A DNA stretch of 64,000 bases, taken from the NCBI RefSeq assembly GCF_009914755.1, contig NC_060937.1; one strand, written 5' to 3'. Of the stretch, positions 1-15,028 are shown in pieces. The first letter of the stretch is position 1; each line of letters begins with the position of its first letter. This DNA is from the human T2T-CHM13v2.0 reference genome, Homo sapiens. The translations under genes and the position numbers were made by a program. The notes under the pieces are model-generated. The model did not search any database, had not been told where the DNA came from, and saw only the letters and a list, made by a program, of their open reading frames with translations.

Positions 1-3000
1 TACTGTCCATAAAATATCAAAGGACCCAAAATATATATCGTAAACTCTACATAAAATATCAAAGTAGCCAAAATACATATTGTATACTGTACATAAAATA
101 TAAAAGTACCCCAAATATGTATTATATACTGTACATAAAATATCAAAGTACCCATAATACATATTATATACTGTACATAAAATATCAAAGGACCCAAAAT
201 AAACATTATATACTGTACATAAAATATCCAAATACTCAAAATATATATTACATACTGTACATAAAATATCAAAGTACCCAAATTATGTATTATATATTGT
301 ACGTAAAATATCAGAGTACCCAAAATATGCATTATATACTGTACATAAAATATGAAAGTAACAATACATTTAAAATAAACTGTACATAAAATATCAAAGT
401 ACTCAAACTATATATCATTTACTGTACATAAAATATCAAAGTACCCAAACTGTGTATTATTATATACTGTATATAAAATATCAAAGTACCTGAAATATAT
501 ACTGTATACTGTACATAAAATATCAAAGTACCCAAAATATATACTATATACTGTACATAAAATATGAAGGTACATCAAATATATATTATATCCTGTACAT
601 AAAATATCAAAGTACACCTATTATATATTGTGTACTGTACATAATATATTAAATCGCCCAAATATATATTGTATACTGTATATAAAATATGAAGGTACTT
701 CAAATATATATTATATGCTGCACATAAAATATCAAAGTACCCAAAGTATGCATTACATACTGTACATAAAATATCAAAGTACACATATTATATATTATAT
801 AATATACATAAAATATGAAGGTTCATCAAATATATATTATATTCTGTACATAATATATCAAAGTACATCAAATATATATTATTTACTGTACATAAAATAT
901 CAAAGTACCAAAAATATGTATTATATACTCTACATAAAATATGAAAGTAACCAAACATTTATAATAAACTGTACATAAAATATCAAAGTACTCAGTCTAC
1001 ATATTATATACAGTATATAAAATATCAAAGTACACACACTGTATATTATATACTGTACATAATATATCAAAATACCCAGAATATATAGCATACTGTACAT
1101 AAAATATCAAAGTACCCAAAATATATATTGTATACTGTACATAAAATATGAAGGTACATCAAAGATATATTATATTCTGTACATAAAATATCAAAGTACA
1201 CCAAATATATATTATATGCTGTACATAATATATTAAAGTTGCCCAAATATACATTCTATACTGTACATAAAATATGAACGTACATCAAATATATAGTATA
1301 TGCTGCACATAAAATATCAAAGTACCCAAAGTATGTATTATACACTGTACATAAAATATCAAAGTACCAAAAGTATATATTACATACTGTAAATAAAATA
1401 TGAAGGTACCTCAAATATATATTATATTCTGTACATAAAATATCAAAGTACACCAAGTATATACTATATACTCTGCATAAAATATTAAATTACCCAAAAT
1501 ATGTATTGTATTGTGTACATAAAATATGAAAGTAACCAAACATTTATAATAAACTGTACATAAAATTTCAAAGTACTCAAACTGTATATTATATACTGTA
1601 CATAAAGTATCAAAGTACCCAAACTGTGTAGTATATACTGTACATAAAATATCAAGGTACCCAAAATATATATTGTAAACTGTAGATAAAATATCAAAAT
1701 ACCCAAAATATATATTATATACTGTACATAAAATATGAAGTCACATCCAATATATATTATATTCTGAACATAAAATATCAAAGTACACCAAATGTATATT
1801 ATATACTGTACATAAAATATCAAAGTACCCAAAGTGTATATTATATACTGTACATAAAATATGAAGGTTCATCAAATATATTTTATATTCTGCACATAAT
1901 ATATAAAAGTACAGCAAATATATATTATATACTGTACATAAAATATCAAAGTACCCAAAATATGTATTATATACTGTACATAAAATATGAAAGTAACCAA
2001 ACATTTATAATAAACTGTACATAAATTATCAAAGTACTCAAACTACATATTATATACAGTATATAAAATATCAAAGTACCCAAACTGTATATTATATACT
2101 GTACATAATATATCAAAGTACCCGAATATATAGCATACTGTACATAAAATATCAAATTACCCAAAATATATATTGTATACTGTACATAAAATATGAAGGT
2201 ACATCAAAGATATATTATATTCTGTACATAAAATATCAAACTACACTAAATATATATTATATGCTGTACATAATATATTAAATTTGCCCATGCATACATT
2301 TTATACTGTACATAAAATATGAAGGTACATCAAATATATAGTATATGCTGCACATAAAATATCAAAGTACCCAAAGTATGTATTATATACTGTACATAAA
2401 ATATCAAAGTACCAAAAGTATATATTACCTACTGTAAATAAAATATGAAGATACCTCAAATATATATTATATTCTGTACATAAAATATCAAAGTACACCA
2501 AGCATATACTATATACTCTATATAAAATATTAAATTACCCAAAATATGTATTGTATTGTGTACATAAAATATGAAAGTAACCAAACATTTATAATAAACT
2601 GTACATAAAATATCAAAGTACTCAAACTTTATATTATATACTGTACATAAAGTATCAAAGTACCCAAACTGTGTAGTATATACTGTACATAAAATATCAA
2701 GATACCCAAAATGTATATTGTAAACTGTAGATAAAATATCAAAGTACCCAAAATATATATTATATACTGTACATAAAATATGAAGGCACATCCAATATAT
2801 ATTATATTCTGTACATAAAATATCAAAGTACACCAAATGTATATTATATACTGTACATAAAATATAAAACTACCCCAAATATATCTTATATACTCTACAT
2901 AAAATATCAAAGTACCCAAAATATATATTATATACTGTACATAAAATATCAAAGTACCCATAGTATGTATTATATCCTGTACATAAAATATGAAGGTACA

Positions 3001-4978
3001 GCAAATATATATTCTATTCTGCACATAAAATAACATATTGCACCAAATATATATTGTATACTGTATATAAAATATGAAGGTACTTCAAATATATATTATA
3101 TGCTGCACATAAAATATCAAAGAACCCAAAGTATGCATTATATACTGTACATAAAATATCAAAGTACCCAAAGTGTATATTATATACTGTACATAAAATA
3201 TGAAGGTTCATCAAATATATTTTATATTCTGCACATAATATATCAAAGTACAGCAAATATATATTATATACTGTACATAAAATAACAAAGTACCAAAAAT
3301 ATGTATTATATACTGTACATAAAATATGAAAGTAACCAAATATTTATAATAAACTGTATATAAAATATCAAAGTACTCAAACTACATATTATATACAGTA
3401 TATAAAATATCAAAGTACCCAAACTATATATTATATACTGTACATACTCTATCAAAGTACCCAAATATATAGCATACTGTCCATAAAATATCAAAGTACC
3501 CAAAATATATATTGTATACTGTACATAAAATATGAAGGTACATCAAAGATATATTATATCCTGTACATAAAATATCAAAGTACACCAAATATATATTATA
3601 TGCTGTACATAATATATTAAAGTCGACCAAATATATATTATATACTGTACATAAAATATGAAGGTACCTCAACTATATATTATATGCTGCACATAAAATA
3701 TCACAGTACCCAAAGTATGTATTATATACTGTACATAAACTATCAAAGTACCCAAAGTATATATTTTATACTGTACATAAAATATAAAATGCCCCAAATA
3801 TATATTATATGCTGTACATAAAATATCAAAGTACACAAAATATGTATTATGTACTGTACATACAATATAAAGGACCCAAAATATATACTATATACTGTAC
3901 ATAAAATATCAAAATACCCAAAATATATATTATATACTGTACATAAAATACCAAAGTACCCAAAGTATACATTATATACCGTACAAAAAATATCAAAGTA
4001 GCCAAAATATGTATTATACACTGTACGTAATATATGAAAGTACCCAAACATTTATAATAAACTGTACATAAAATATCAATGTACTCAAACTATGTATTAT
4101 GTGCGGTACATAACATATCAAAGTACCCATACTATATAGTATGTACTGCACTTAAAATATCAAAATACCCAAAATATATATTATATACGTTACATAAACT
4201 ATCAAATACACAAAGTATGTATTATATACTGTACATAAAATAGCAAAGTTCCCAAAATATGTATTATATACTGTACATAAAATATGAAAGTACCCAACCA
4301 TTTATAATAAACTCTACATAAAATACCAAAGTACCCAAACTGTGTATTATATACTGTCCATAAAATATCAAAGTACCCAAAATATATATTGTAAACTGTA
4401 CATAAAATATCAAAGTAGCCAAAATACATATTGTATACTGTACATAAAATATGAAAGTACCCCAAATATGTATTATATACTGTACATAAAATATCAAAGT
4501 ACCCATAATACATATTATATACTGTACATAAAATATCAAAGGACCCAAAATAAACATTATATACTGTACATAAAATATCCAAATACTCAAAATATATATT
4601 ACGTACTGTACATAAAATATCAAAGTACCCAAATTATGTATTATATACTGTACGTAAAATATCAGAGTACCCAAAATATGCATTATATACTGTACATAAA
4701 ATATGAAAGTAACAATACATATATAATAAACTGTACATAAAATATCAAAGTACTCAAACTATATATCATATACTGTACATAAAATATCAAAGTACCCAAA
4801 CTGTGTATTATTATATACTGTATATAAAATATCAAAGTACCTGAAATATATACTGTATACTGTACATAAAATATCAAAGTACCCAAAATATATACTATAT
4901 ACTGTACATAAAATATGAAGGTACATCAAATATATATTATATCCTGTACATAAAATATCAAAGTACACCTATTATATA

Positions 4979-7900
4979 TTGTGTACTCTACATAATATAT
5001 TAAGTCGCCCAAATATATATTGTATACTGTATATAAAATATGAAGGTACTTCAAATATATATTATATGCTGCACATAAAATATCAAAGTACCCAAAGTAT
5101 GCATTAAACACTGTTCATAAAATATCAAAGTACACATATTATCTATTATATAATGTACATAAAATATGAAGGTTCATCAAATATATATTATATTCTGTAC
5201 ATAATATATCAAAGTACATCAAATATATATTATATACTGTACATAAAATATCAAAGTACCAAAAATATGTATTATATACTGTACATAAAACATGAAAGTA
5301 ACCAAACATTTATAATAAACTGTACATAAAATATCAAAGTACTCAATCTACATATTATATACAGTATATAAAATATCAAAGTACACAAACTGTATATTAT
5401 ATACTGTACATAATATATCAAAGTACCCAGAATATATAGCATACTGTACATAAAATATCAAAGTACCCAAAATGTATATTGTATACTGTACATAAAATAT
5501 GAAGGTACATCAAAGATATATTATATTCTGTACATAAAATATCAAAGTACACCAAATATATATTATATGCTGTACATAATATATTAAAGTTGCCCATATA
5601 TACATTATATACTGTACATAAAATATGAACGTACATCAAATATATAGTATATGCTGCACATAAAATATCAAAGTACCCAAAGTATGTATTATACACTGTA
5701 CATAAAATATCAAAGTACCAAAAGTATATATTACATACTGTAAATAAAATATGAAGGTACCTCAAATATATATTATATTCTGTACATAAAATATCAAAGT
5801 ACACCAAGTATATACTATATACTCTGCATAAAATATTAAATTACCCAAAATATGTATTGCATTGTGTACATAAAATATGAAAGTAACCAAACATTTATAA
5901 TAAACTGTACATAAAATATCAAAGTACTCAAACTGTATATTATATACTGTACATAAAGTATCAAAGTACCCAAACTGTGTAGTATATACTGTACATAAAA
6001 TATCAAGGTACCCAAAATATATATTGTAAACTGTAGATAAAATATCAAAGTACCCAAAATATATATTATATACTGTACATAAAATATGAAGGCACATCCA
6101 ATATATATTATATTCTGTACATAATATATCAAAGTACACCAAATGTATATTATATACTGTACATAAAATATCAAAGTACCCAAAGTGTATATTATATACT
6201 GTACATAAACTATGAAAGTTCATCAAATATATTTTATATTCTGCACATAATATATCAAAGTACAGCAAATATATATTATATACTGTACATAAAATATCAA
6301 AGTACCCAAAATATGTATTATATACTGTACATAAAATATGAAAGTAACCAAACATTTATAATAAACTGTACATAAAATATCAAAGTACTCAAACTGTATA
6401 TTATATACTCTACATAAAGTATCAAAGTACCCAAACTGTGTAGTATATACTGTACATAAAATATCAAGGTACCCAAAATATATATTGTAAACTGTAGATA
6501 AAATATCAAAGTACCCAAAATATATATTATATACTGTACATGAAATATGAAGGCCCCTCCAATATATATTATACTCTGTACATAAAATATCAAAGTACAC
6601 CAAAAGTATATTATATACTGTACATAAAATATCAAAGTACCCAAAGTGTATATTATATACTGTACATAAACTATGAAGGTTCATCAAATATATTTTATAT
6701 TCTGCACATAATATATCAAAGTACAGCAAATATATATTATATACTGTACATAAAATATCAAAGTACCCAAATTATGCATTATATACTGTACATAAAATAT
6801 GAAAGTAAGCAAATATTTATAATAAACTGTACATAAAGTATCAAAGTACTCAAACTACATATTATATACAGTATATAAAATATCAAAGTACCCAAACTGT
6901 ATATTATATAATGTACATAATATATCAAAGTACCCGAATATATAGCATACTCTACATAAAATATCAAAGTACCCAAAGTTTGTATTATACACTGCACATA
7001 AAATATGGAGGTACATCAAAGATATATTATATTCTGTACATAAAATATCAAAGTACACCAAATATATGTTATATGCTGTACATAATATATTAAAGTCGAC
7101 CAAATATATATTATATACTGTACATAAAATATGAAGGTACATCAAATATATATTATATGCTGCACATAAAATATCAAAGTACCCAAAGTATGTGTTATAT
7201 ACTGTACATAAAATATCAAAGTACCCAAAGTATATATTATATACTGTACATAAAATATAAAATACCCCAAATATATATTATATGCTCTACATAAAATATC
7301 AAAGTACACAAAATATGTATTATATACTGTACATAAAATACCAAAGGACCCAAAATATATATTATATACTGTACATAAAATATCAAAATACCCAAAATAT
7401 ATATTATATACTGTACATAAAATACCAAAGTACCCAAAGTATATATTATATACCGTACAAAAAATATCAAAGTAGCCAAAATATGTATTATACACTGTAC
7501 ATAATATATGAAAGTACCCAAACATTTATAATAAACTGTACATAAAATATCAATGTACTCAAACTATATATTATGTGCGGTACATAAGATATCAAAGTAC
7601 CCATACTATATAGTATATACTGTACATAAAATATCAAAATACCCAAAATATATATTATATACGTTACATAAACTATCAAATACACAAAGTATGTATTATA
7701 TACTGTACATAAAATAGCAAAGTTCCCAAAATATGTATTATATACTGTACATAAAATATGAAAGTACCCAACCATTTATAATAAAGTCTACATAAAATAC
7801 CAAAGTACCCAAACTGTGTATTATATACTGTCCATAAAATATCAAAGGACCCAAAATATATATTGTAAACTCTACATAAAATATCAAAGTAGCCAAAATA

Positions 7901-8452
7901 CATATTGTATACTGTACATAAAATATAAAAGTACCCCAAATATGTATTATATACTGTACATAAAATATCAAAGTACCCATAATACATATTATATACTGTA
8001 CATAAAATATCAAAGGACCCAAAATAAACATTATATACTGTACATAAAATATCCAAATACTCAAAAGATATATTACGTACTGTACATAAAATATCAAAGT
8101 ACCCAAATTATGTATTATATACTGTACGTAAAATATCAGAGTACCCAAAATATGCATTATATACTGTACATAAAATATGAAAGTAACAATACATTTATAA
8201 TAAACTGTACATAAAATATCAAAGTACTCAAACTATATATCATATACTGTACATAAAATATCAAAGTACCCAAACTGTGTATTATTATATACTGTATATA
8301 AAATATCAAAGTACCTGAAATATATACTGTATACTGTACATAAAATATCAAAGTACCCAAAATATATACTATATACTGTACATAAAATATGAAGGTACAT
8401 CAAATATATATTATATCCTGTACATAAAATATCAAAGTACACCTATTATATA
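4979..8452 (+). repeat. 3474-bp HOR structural variant E (3013 plus an internal 461-bp, 11-monomer duplication); second copy at 50570-54043
   Basis: Spacing 4979->8453 and 50570->54044 is 3474 bp in both cases. The sub-block starting at 5868 recurs at 6329. Confidence 0.85.
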
Positions 8453-11400
8453 TTGTGTACTGTACATAATATATTAAATCGCCCAAATATATATTGTATA
8501 CTGTATATAAAATATGAAGGTACTTCAAATATATATTATATGCTGCACATAAAATATCAAAGTACCCAAAGTATGCATTACATACTGTACATAAAATATC
8601 AAAGTACACATATTATCTATTATATAATGTACATAAAATATGAAGGTTCATCAAATATATATTATATTCTGTACATAATATATCAAAGTACATCAAATAT
8701 ATATTATATACTGTACATAAAATATCAAAGTACCAAAAATATGTATTATATACTGTACATAAAACATGAAAGTAACCAAACATTTATAATAAACTGTACA
8801 TAAAATATCAAAGTACTCAATCTACATATTATATACAGTATATAAAATATCAAAGTGCACAAACTGTATATTATATACGGTACATAATATATCAAAGTAC
8901 CCAGAATATATAGCATACTGTAAATAAAATATCAAAGTACCCAAAATATATATTGTATACTGTACATAAAATATGAAGGTACATCAAAGATATATTATAT
9001 TCTGTACATAAAATATCAAACTACACCAAATATATATTATATGCTGTACATAATATATTAAAGTTGCCCATATATACATTATATACTGTACATAAAATAT
9101 GAACGTACATCAAATATATAGTATATGCTGCACATAAAATATCAAAGTACCCAAAATATATACTATATACTGTACATAAAATATGAAGGTACATCAAATA
9201 TATATTATATCCTGTACATAAAATATCAAAGTACACCTATTATATATTGTGTACTGCACATAATATATTAAATCGCCCAAATATATATTGTATACTGTAT
9301 ATAAAATATGAAGGTACTTCAAATATATATTATATGCTGCACATAAAATATCAAAGTACCCAAAGTATGCATTACATACTGTACATAAAATATCAAATTA
9401 CAAAAATTATATATTATATTCTGTACATAAAATATGTAGGTTCTTCAAATATATTTTATATTCTGTACATAATATATCAAAGTACATCAAATATATATTA
9501 TATACGGTACATAAAATATCAAAGTACCCAAAATATGTATTAATTACTGTGCATAAAATATGAAAGTAACCAAACATTTATAATAAACTGTACATAAAAT
9601 ATCAAACTACTCAATCTACATATTATATACAGTATATAAAATATCAAAGTACACAAACTGTATATTATATACTGTACATAATATATCAAAGTACCCAGAA
9701 TATATAGCATACTGTACATACAATATCAAAGTACCCAGAATGTATATTGTATTCTGTACATAAAATATGAATGTACATCAAAGATATATTCTGTACATAA
9801 AATATCAAAGTACACCAAATATATATTATATGCTGTACATAATATATTAAAGTTGCCCATGCATACATTTTATACTGTACATAAAATATGAAGGTACATC
9901 AAATATATAGTATATGCTGCACATAAAATATCAAAGTACCCAAAGTATGTATTATATACTGTACATAAAATATCAAAGTACCAAAAGTATATATTACCTA
10001 CTGGAAATAAAATATGAAGATACCTCAAATATATATTATATTCTGTACATGAAATATCAAAGTACACCAAGTATATACTATATACTCTACATAAAATATT
10101 AAATTACCCAAAATATGTATTGTATTGTGTACATAAAATATGAAAGTAACCAAACATTTATAATAAACTGTACATAAAATATCAAAGTACTCAAACTTTA
10201 TATTATATACTGTACATAAAGTATCAAAGTACCCAAACTGTGTAGTATATACTGTACATAAAATATCAAGGTACCCAAAATGTATATTGTAAACTGTAGA
10301 TAAAATATCAAAGTATCCAAAATATATATTATATACTGTACATAAAATATGAAGGCTCATCCAATATATATTATATTCTGTACATAAAATATCAAAGTAC
10401 ACCAAATGTATATTATATACTGTACATAAAATATAAAACTACGCCAAATATATCTTATATACTCTACATAAAATATCAAAGTACCCAAAATATATATTAT
10501 ATACTGTACATAAAATATCAAAGTACCCATAGTATGTATTATATCCTGTACGTAAAATATGAAGGTACATCAAATATATATTCTATTCTGCACATAAAAT
10601 ATCATATTGCACCAAATATATATTGTATACTGTATATAAAATATGAAGGTACTTCAAATATATATTATATGCTGCACATAAAATATCAAAGTACCCAAAG
10701 TATGCATTATATACTGTACATAAAATATCAAAGTACCCAAAGTGTATATTATATACTGTACATAAAATATGAAGGTTCATCAAATATATTTTATATTCTG
10801 CACATAATATATCAAAGTACAGCAAATATATATTATATACTGTACATAAAATATCAAAGTACCCAAAATATGTATTATATACTGTACATAAAATATGAAA
10901 GTAACCAAACATTTATAATAAACTGTACATAAAATATCAAAGTACTCAAACTACATATTATATACAGTATATAAAATGTCAAAGTACCAAAACTGTATAT
11001 TATATACTGTACATAATATATCAAAGTACCCAAATATATAGCATACTGTACATAAAATATCAAAGTACCCAAAGTGTGTATTATACACTGCACATAAAAT
11101 ATGAAGGTACATCAAAGATATATTATATTCTGTACATAAAATATCAAAGTACACCAAATATATATTATATGCTGTACAGAATATATTAAAGTCGACCAAA
11201 TATATATTATATACTGTACATAAAATATGAAGGTACATCAAATATATATTATATGCTGCACATAAAATATCAAAGTACCCAAAGTATGTATTATATACTG
11301 TACATAAAATATCAAAGTACCCAAAGTATTTATTATATACTGTACATAAAATATAAAATACCCCAAATATATATTATATCCTGTACATAAAATATCAAAG

Positions 11401-14400
11401 TACCCAAAATATATATTGTAAACTGTACATAAAATATCAAAGTAGCCAAAATATATATTGTATACTGTCCATAAAATATAAAAGTACCCCAAATATGTAT
11501 TATATACTGTACATAAAATATCAAAGTACCGATAATACATATTATATACTGTACATAAAATATCAAAGGACCCAAAATAAACATTATATACTGTACATAA
11601 AATATCCAAATACTCAAAATATATATTACATACTGTACATAAAATATCAAAGTACCCAAATTATGTATTATATACTGTACGTAAAATATCAGAGTACCCA
11701 AAATATGCATTATATACTGTACATAAAATATGAAAGTAACAAAACATTTATAATAAACTGTACATAAAATATCAAAGTACTCAAACTATATATCATATAC
11801 TGTACATAAAATATCAAAGTACCCAAACTGTGTATTATTATATACTGTATATAAAATATCAAAGTACCTGAAAGATATATTGTATACTGTACATAAAATA
11901 TCAAAGTACCCAAAATATATACTATATACTGTACATAAAATATGAAGGTACATCAAATATATATTATATCCTGTACATAAAATATCAAAGTACACCTATT
12001 ATATATTGTGTACTGTACATAATATATTAAATCGCCCAAATATATATTGTATACTGTATATAAAATATGAAGGTACTTCAAATATATATTATATGCTGCA
12101 CATAAAATATCAAAGTACCCAAGGTATGCATTACATACTGTACATAAACTATCAAAGTACACATATTATATATTATATAATATACATAAAATATGAAGGT
12201 TCATCAAATATATATTATATTCTGTACATAATATATCAAAGTACATCAAATATATATTATATACTGTACATAAAATATCAAAGTACCAAAAATATGTATT
12301 ATATACTGTACATAAAACATGAAAGTAACCAAACATTTATAATAAACTGTACATAAAATATCAAAGTACTCAGTCTACATATTATATATAGTATATAAAA
12401 TATCAAAGTACACACACTGTATATTATATACTGTACATAATATATCAAAATACCCAGAATATATAGCATACTGTACATAAAATATCAAAGTACCCAAAAT
12501 ATATATTGTATACTGTACATAAAATATGAAGGTACATCAAAGATATATTATATTCTGTACATAAAATATCAAACTACACCAAATATATATTATATGCTGT
12601 ACATAATATATTAAAGTTGCCCATATATACATTATATACTGTACATAAAATATGAACGTACATCAAATATATAGTATATGCTGCACATAAAATATCAAAG
12701 TACCCAAAGTATGTATTATACACTGTACATAAAATATCAAAGTACCAAAAGTATATATTACATACTGTAAATAAAATATGAAGGTACCTCAAATATATAT
12801 TATATTCTGTACATAAAACATCAAAGTACACCAAGTATATACTATATACTCTGCATAAAATATTAAATTACCCAAAATATGTATTGCATTGTGTACATAA
12901 AATATGAAAGTAACCAAACATTTATAATAAACTGTACATAAAATTTCAAAGTACTCAAACTGTATATTATATACTGTACATAAAGTATCAAAGTACCCAA
13001 ACTGTGTAGTATATACTGTACATAAAATATCAAGGTACCCAAAATATATATTGTAAACTGTAGATAAAATATCAAAGTACCCAAAATATATATTATATAC
13101 TGTACATAAAATATGAAGGCACATCCAATATATACTATATTCTGTACATAAAATATCAAAGTACACCAAATGTATATTATATACTGTACAAAAAATATCA
13201 AAGTACCCAAAGTGTATATTATATACTGTACATAAAATATGAAGGTTCATCAATTATATTTTATATTCTGCACATAATATATCAAAGTACAGCAAATATA
13301 TATTATATACTGTACATAAAATATCAAAGTACCCAAAATATGTATTATATACTGAACATAAAATATGAAAGTAACCAAACATTTATAATAAACTGTACAT
13401 AAAGTATCAAAGTACTCAAACTACATATTATATACAGTATATAAAATGTCAAAGTACCCAAACTGTATATTATATACTGTACATAATATATCAAAGTACC
13501 CGAATATATAGCATACTGTACATAAAATATCAAGGTACCCAAAGTGTGTATTATACACTGCACATAAAATATGAAGGTACATAAAATATATATTGTATTC
13601 TGTACATAAAATATCAAAGTACTCCAAATATATATCATATGCTGTACATAATATATTATAGTCGCCCAAATATATATTATATACTGTACATAAAATATGA
13701 AGGTACATCAAATATATATTATATGCTGCACATAAAATATCAAAGTACCCAAAGTATGTGTTATATACTGTACATAAAATATCAAAGTACCCAATGTATA
13801 TATTATATACTGTACATAAAATATAAAATACCCCAAATATATATTATATGCTATACATAAAATATCAAAGTACACAAAATATGTATTATATACTGTACAT
13901 AAAATACCAAAGGACCCAAAATATATATTATATACTGTACATAAAATATCAAAATACCCAAAATATATATTATATACTGTACATAAAATACCAAAGTACC
14001 CAAAGTATATATTATATACCGTACAGAAAATATCAAAGTAGCCAAAATATGTATTATACACTGTACATAATATATGAAAGTACCCAAACATTTATAATAA
14101 ACTGTACATAAAATATCAATGTACTCAAACTATATATTATCTGCGGTACATAAGATATCAAAGTACCCATACTATATAGTATATACTGTACTTAAAATAT
14201 CAAAATACCCAAAATATATATTATATACGTTACATAAACTATCAAATACACAAAGTATGTATTATATACTGTACATAAAATAGAAAAGTTCCCAAAATAT
14301 GTATTATATATATTATAAATATGTACATAAAATATGAAAGTACCCAACCATTTATAATAAACTCTACATAAAACACCAAAGTACCCAAACTGTGTATTAT

Positions 14401-15028
14401 ATACTGTCCATAAAATATCAAAGTACCCAAAATATGTATTGTAAACTCTACATAAAATATCAAAGTAGCCAAAATACATATTGTATACTGTACATAAAAT
14501 ATAAAAGTACCCCAAATATATATTATATACTGTACATAAAATATCAAAGTACCCATAATACATATTATATACTGTACATAAAATATCAAAGGACCCAAAA
14601 TAAACATTATATACTGTACATAAAATATCCAAATACTCAAAATATATATTACATACTGTACATAAAATATCAAAGTACCCAAATTATGTACTATATACTG
14701 TACGTAAAATATCAGAGTACCCAAAATATGCATTATATACTGTACATAAAATATGAAAGTAACAAAACATTTATAATAAACTGTACATAAAATATCAAAG
14801 TACTCAAACTATATATCATATACTGTACATAAAATATCAAAGTACCCAAACTGTGTATTATTATATACTGTATATAAAATATCAAAGTACCTGAAATATA
14901 TATTGTATACTGTACATAAAATATCAAAGTACCCAAAATATATACTATATACTGTACATAAAATATGAAGGTACATCAAATATATATTATATCCTGTACA
15001 TAAAATAACAAAGTACACCTATTATATA

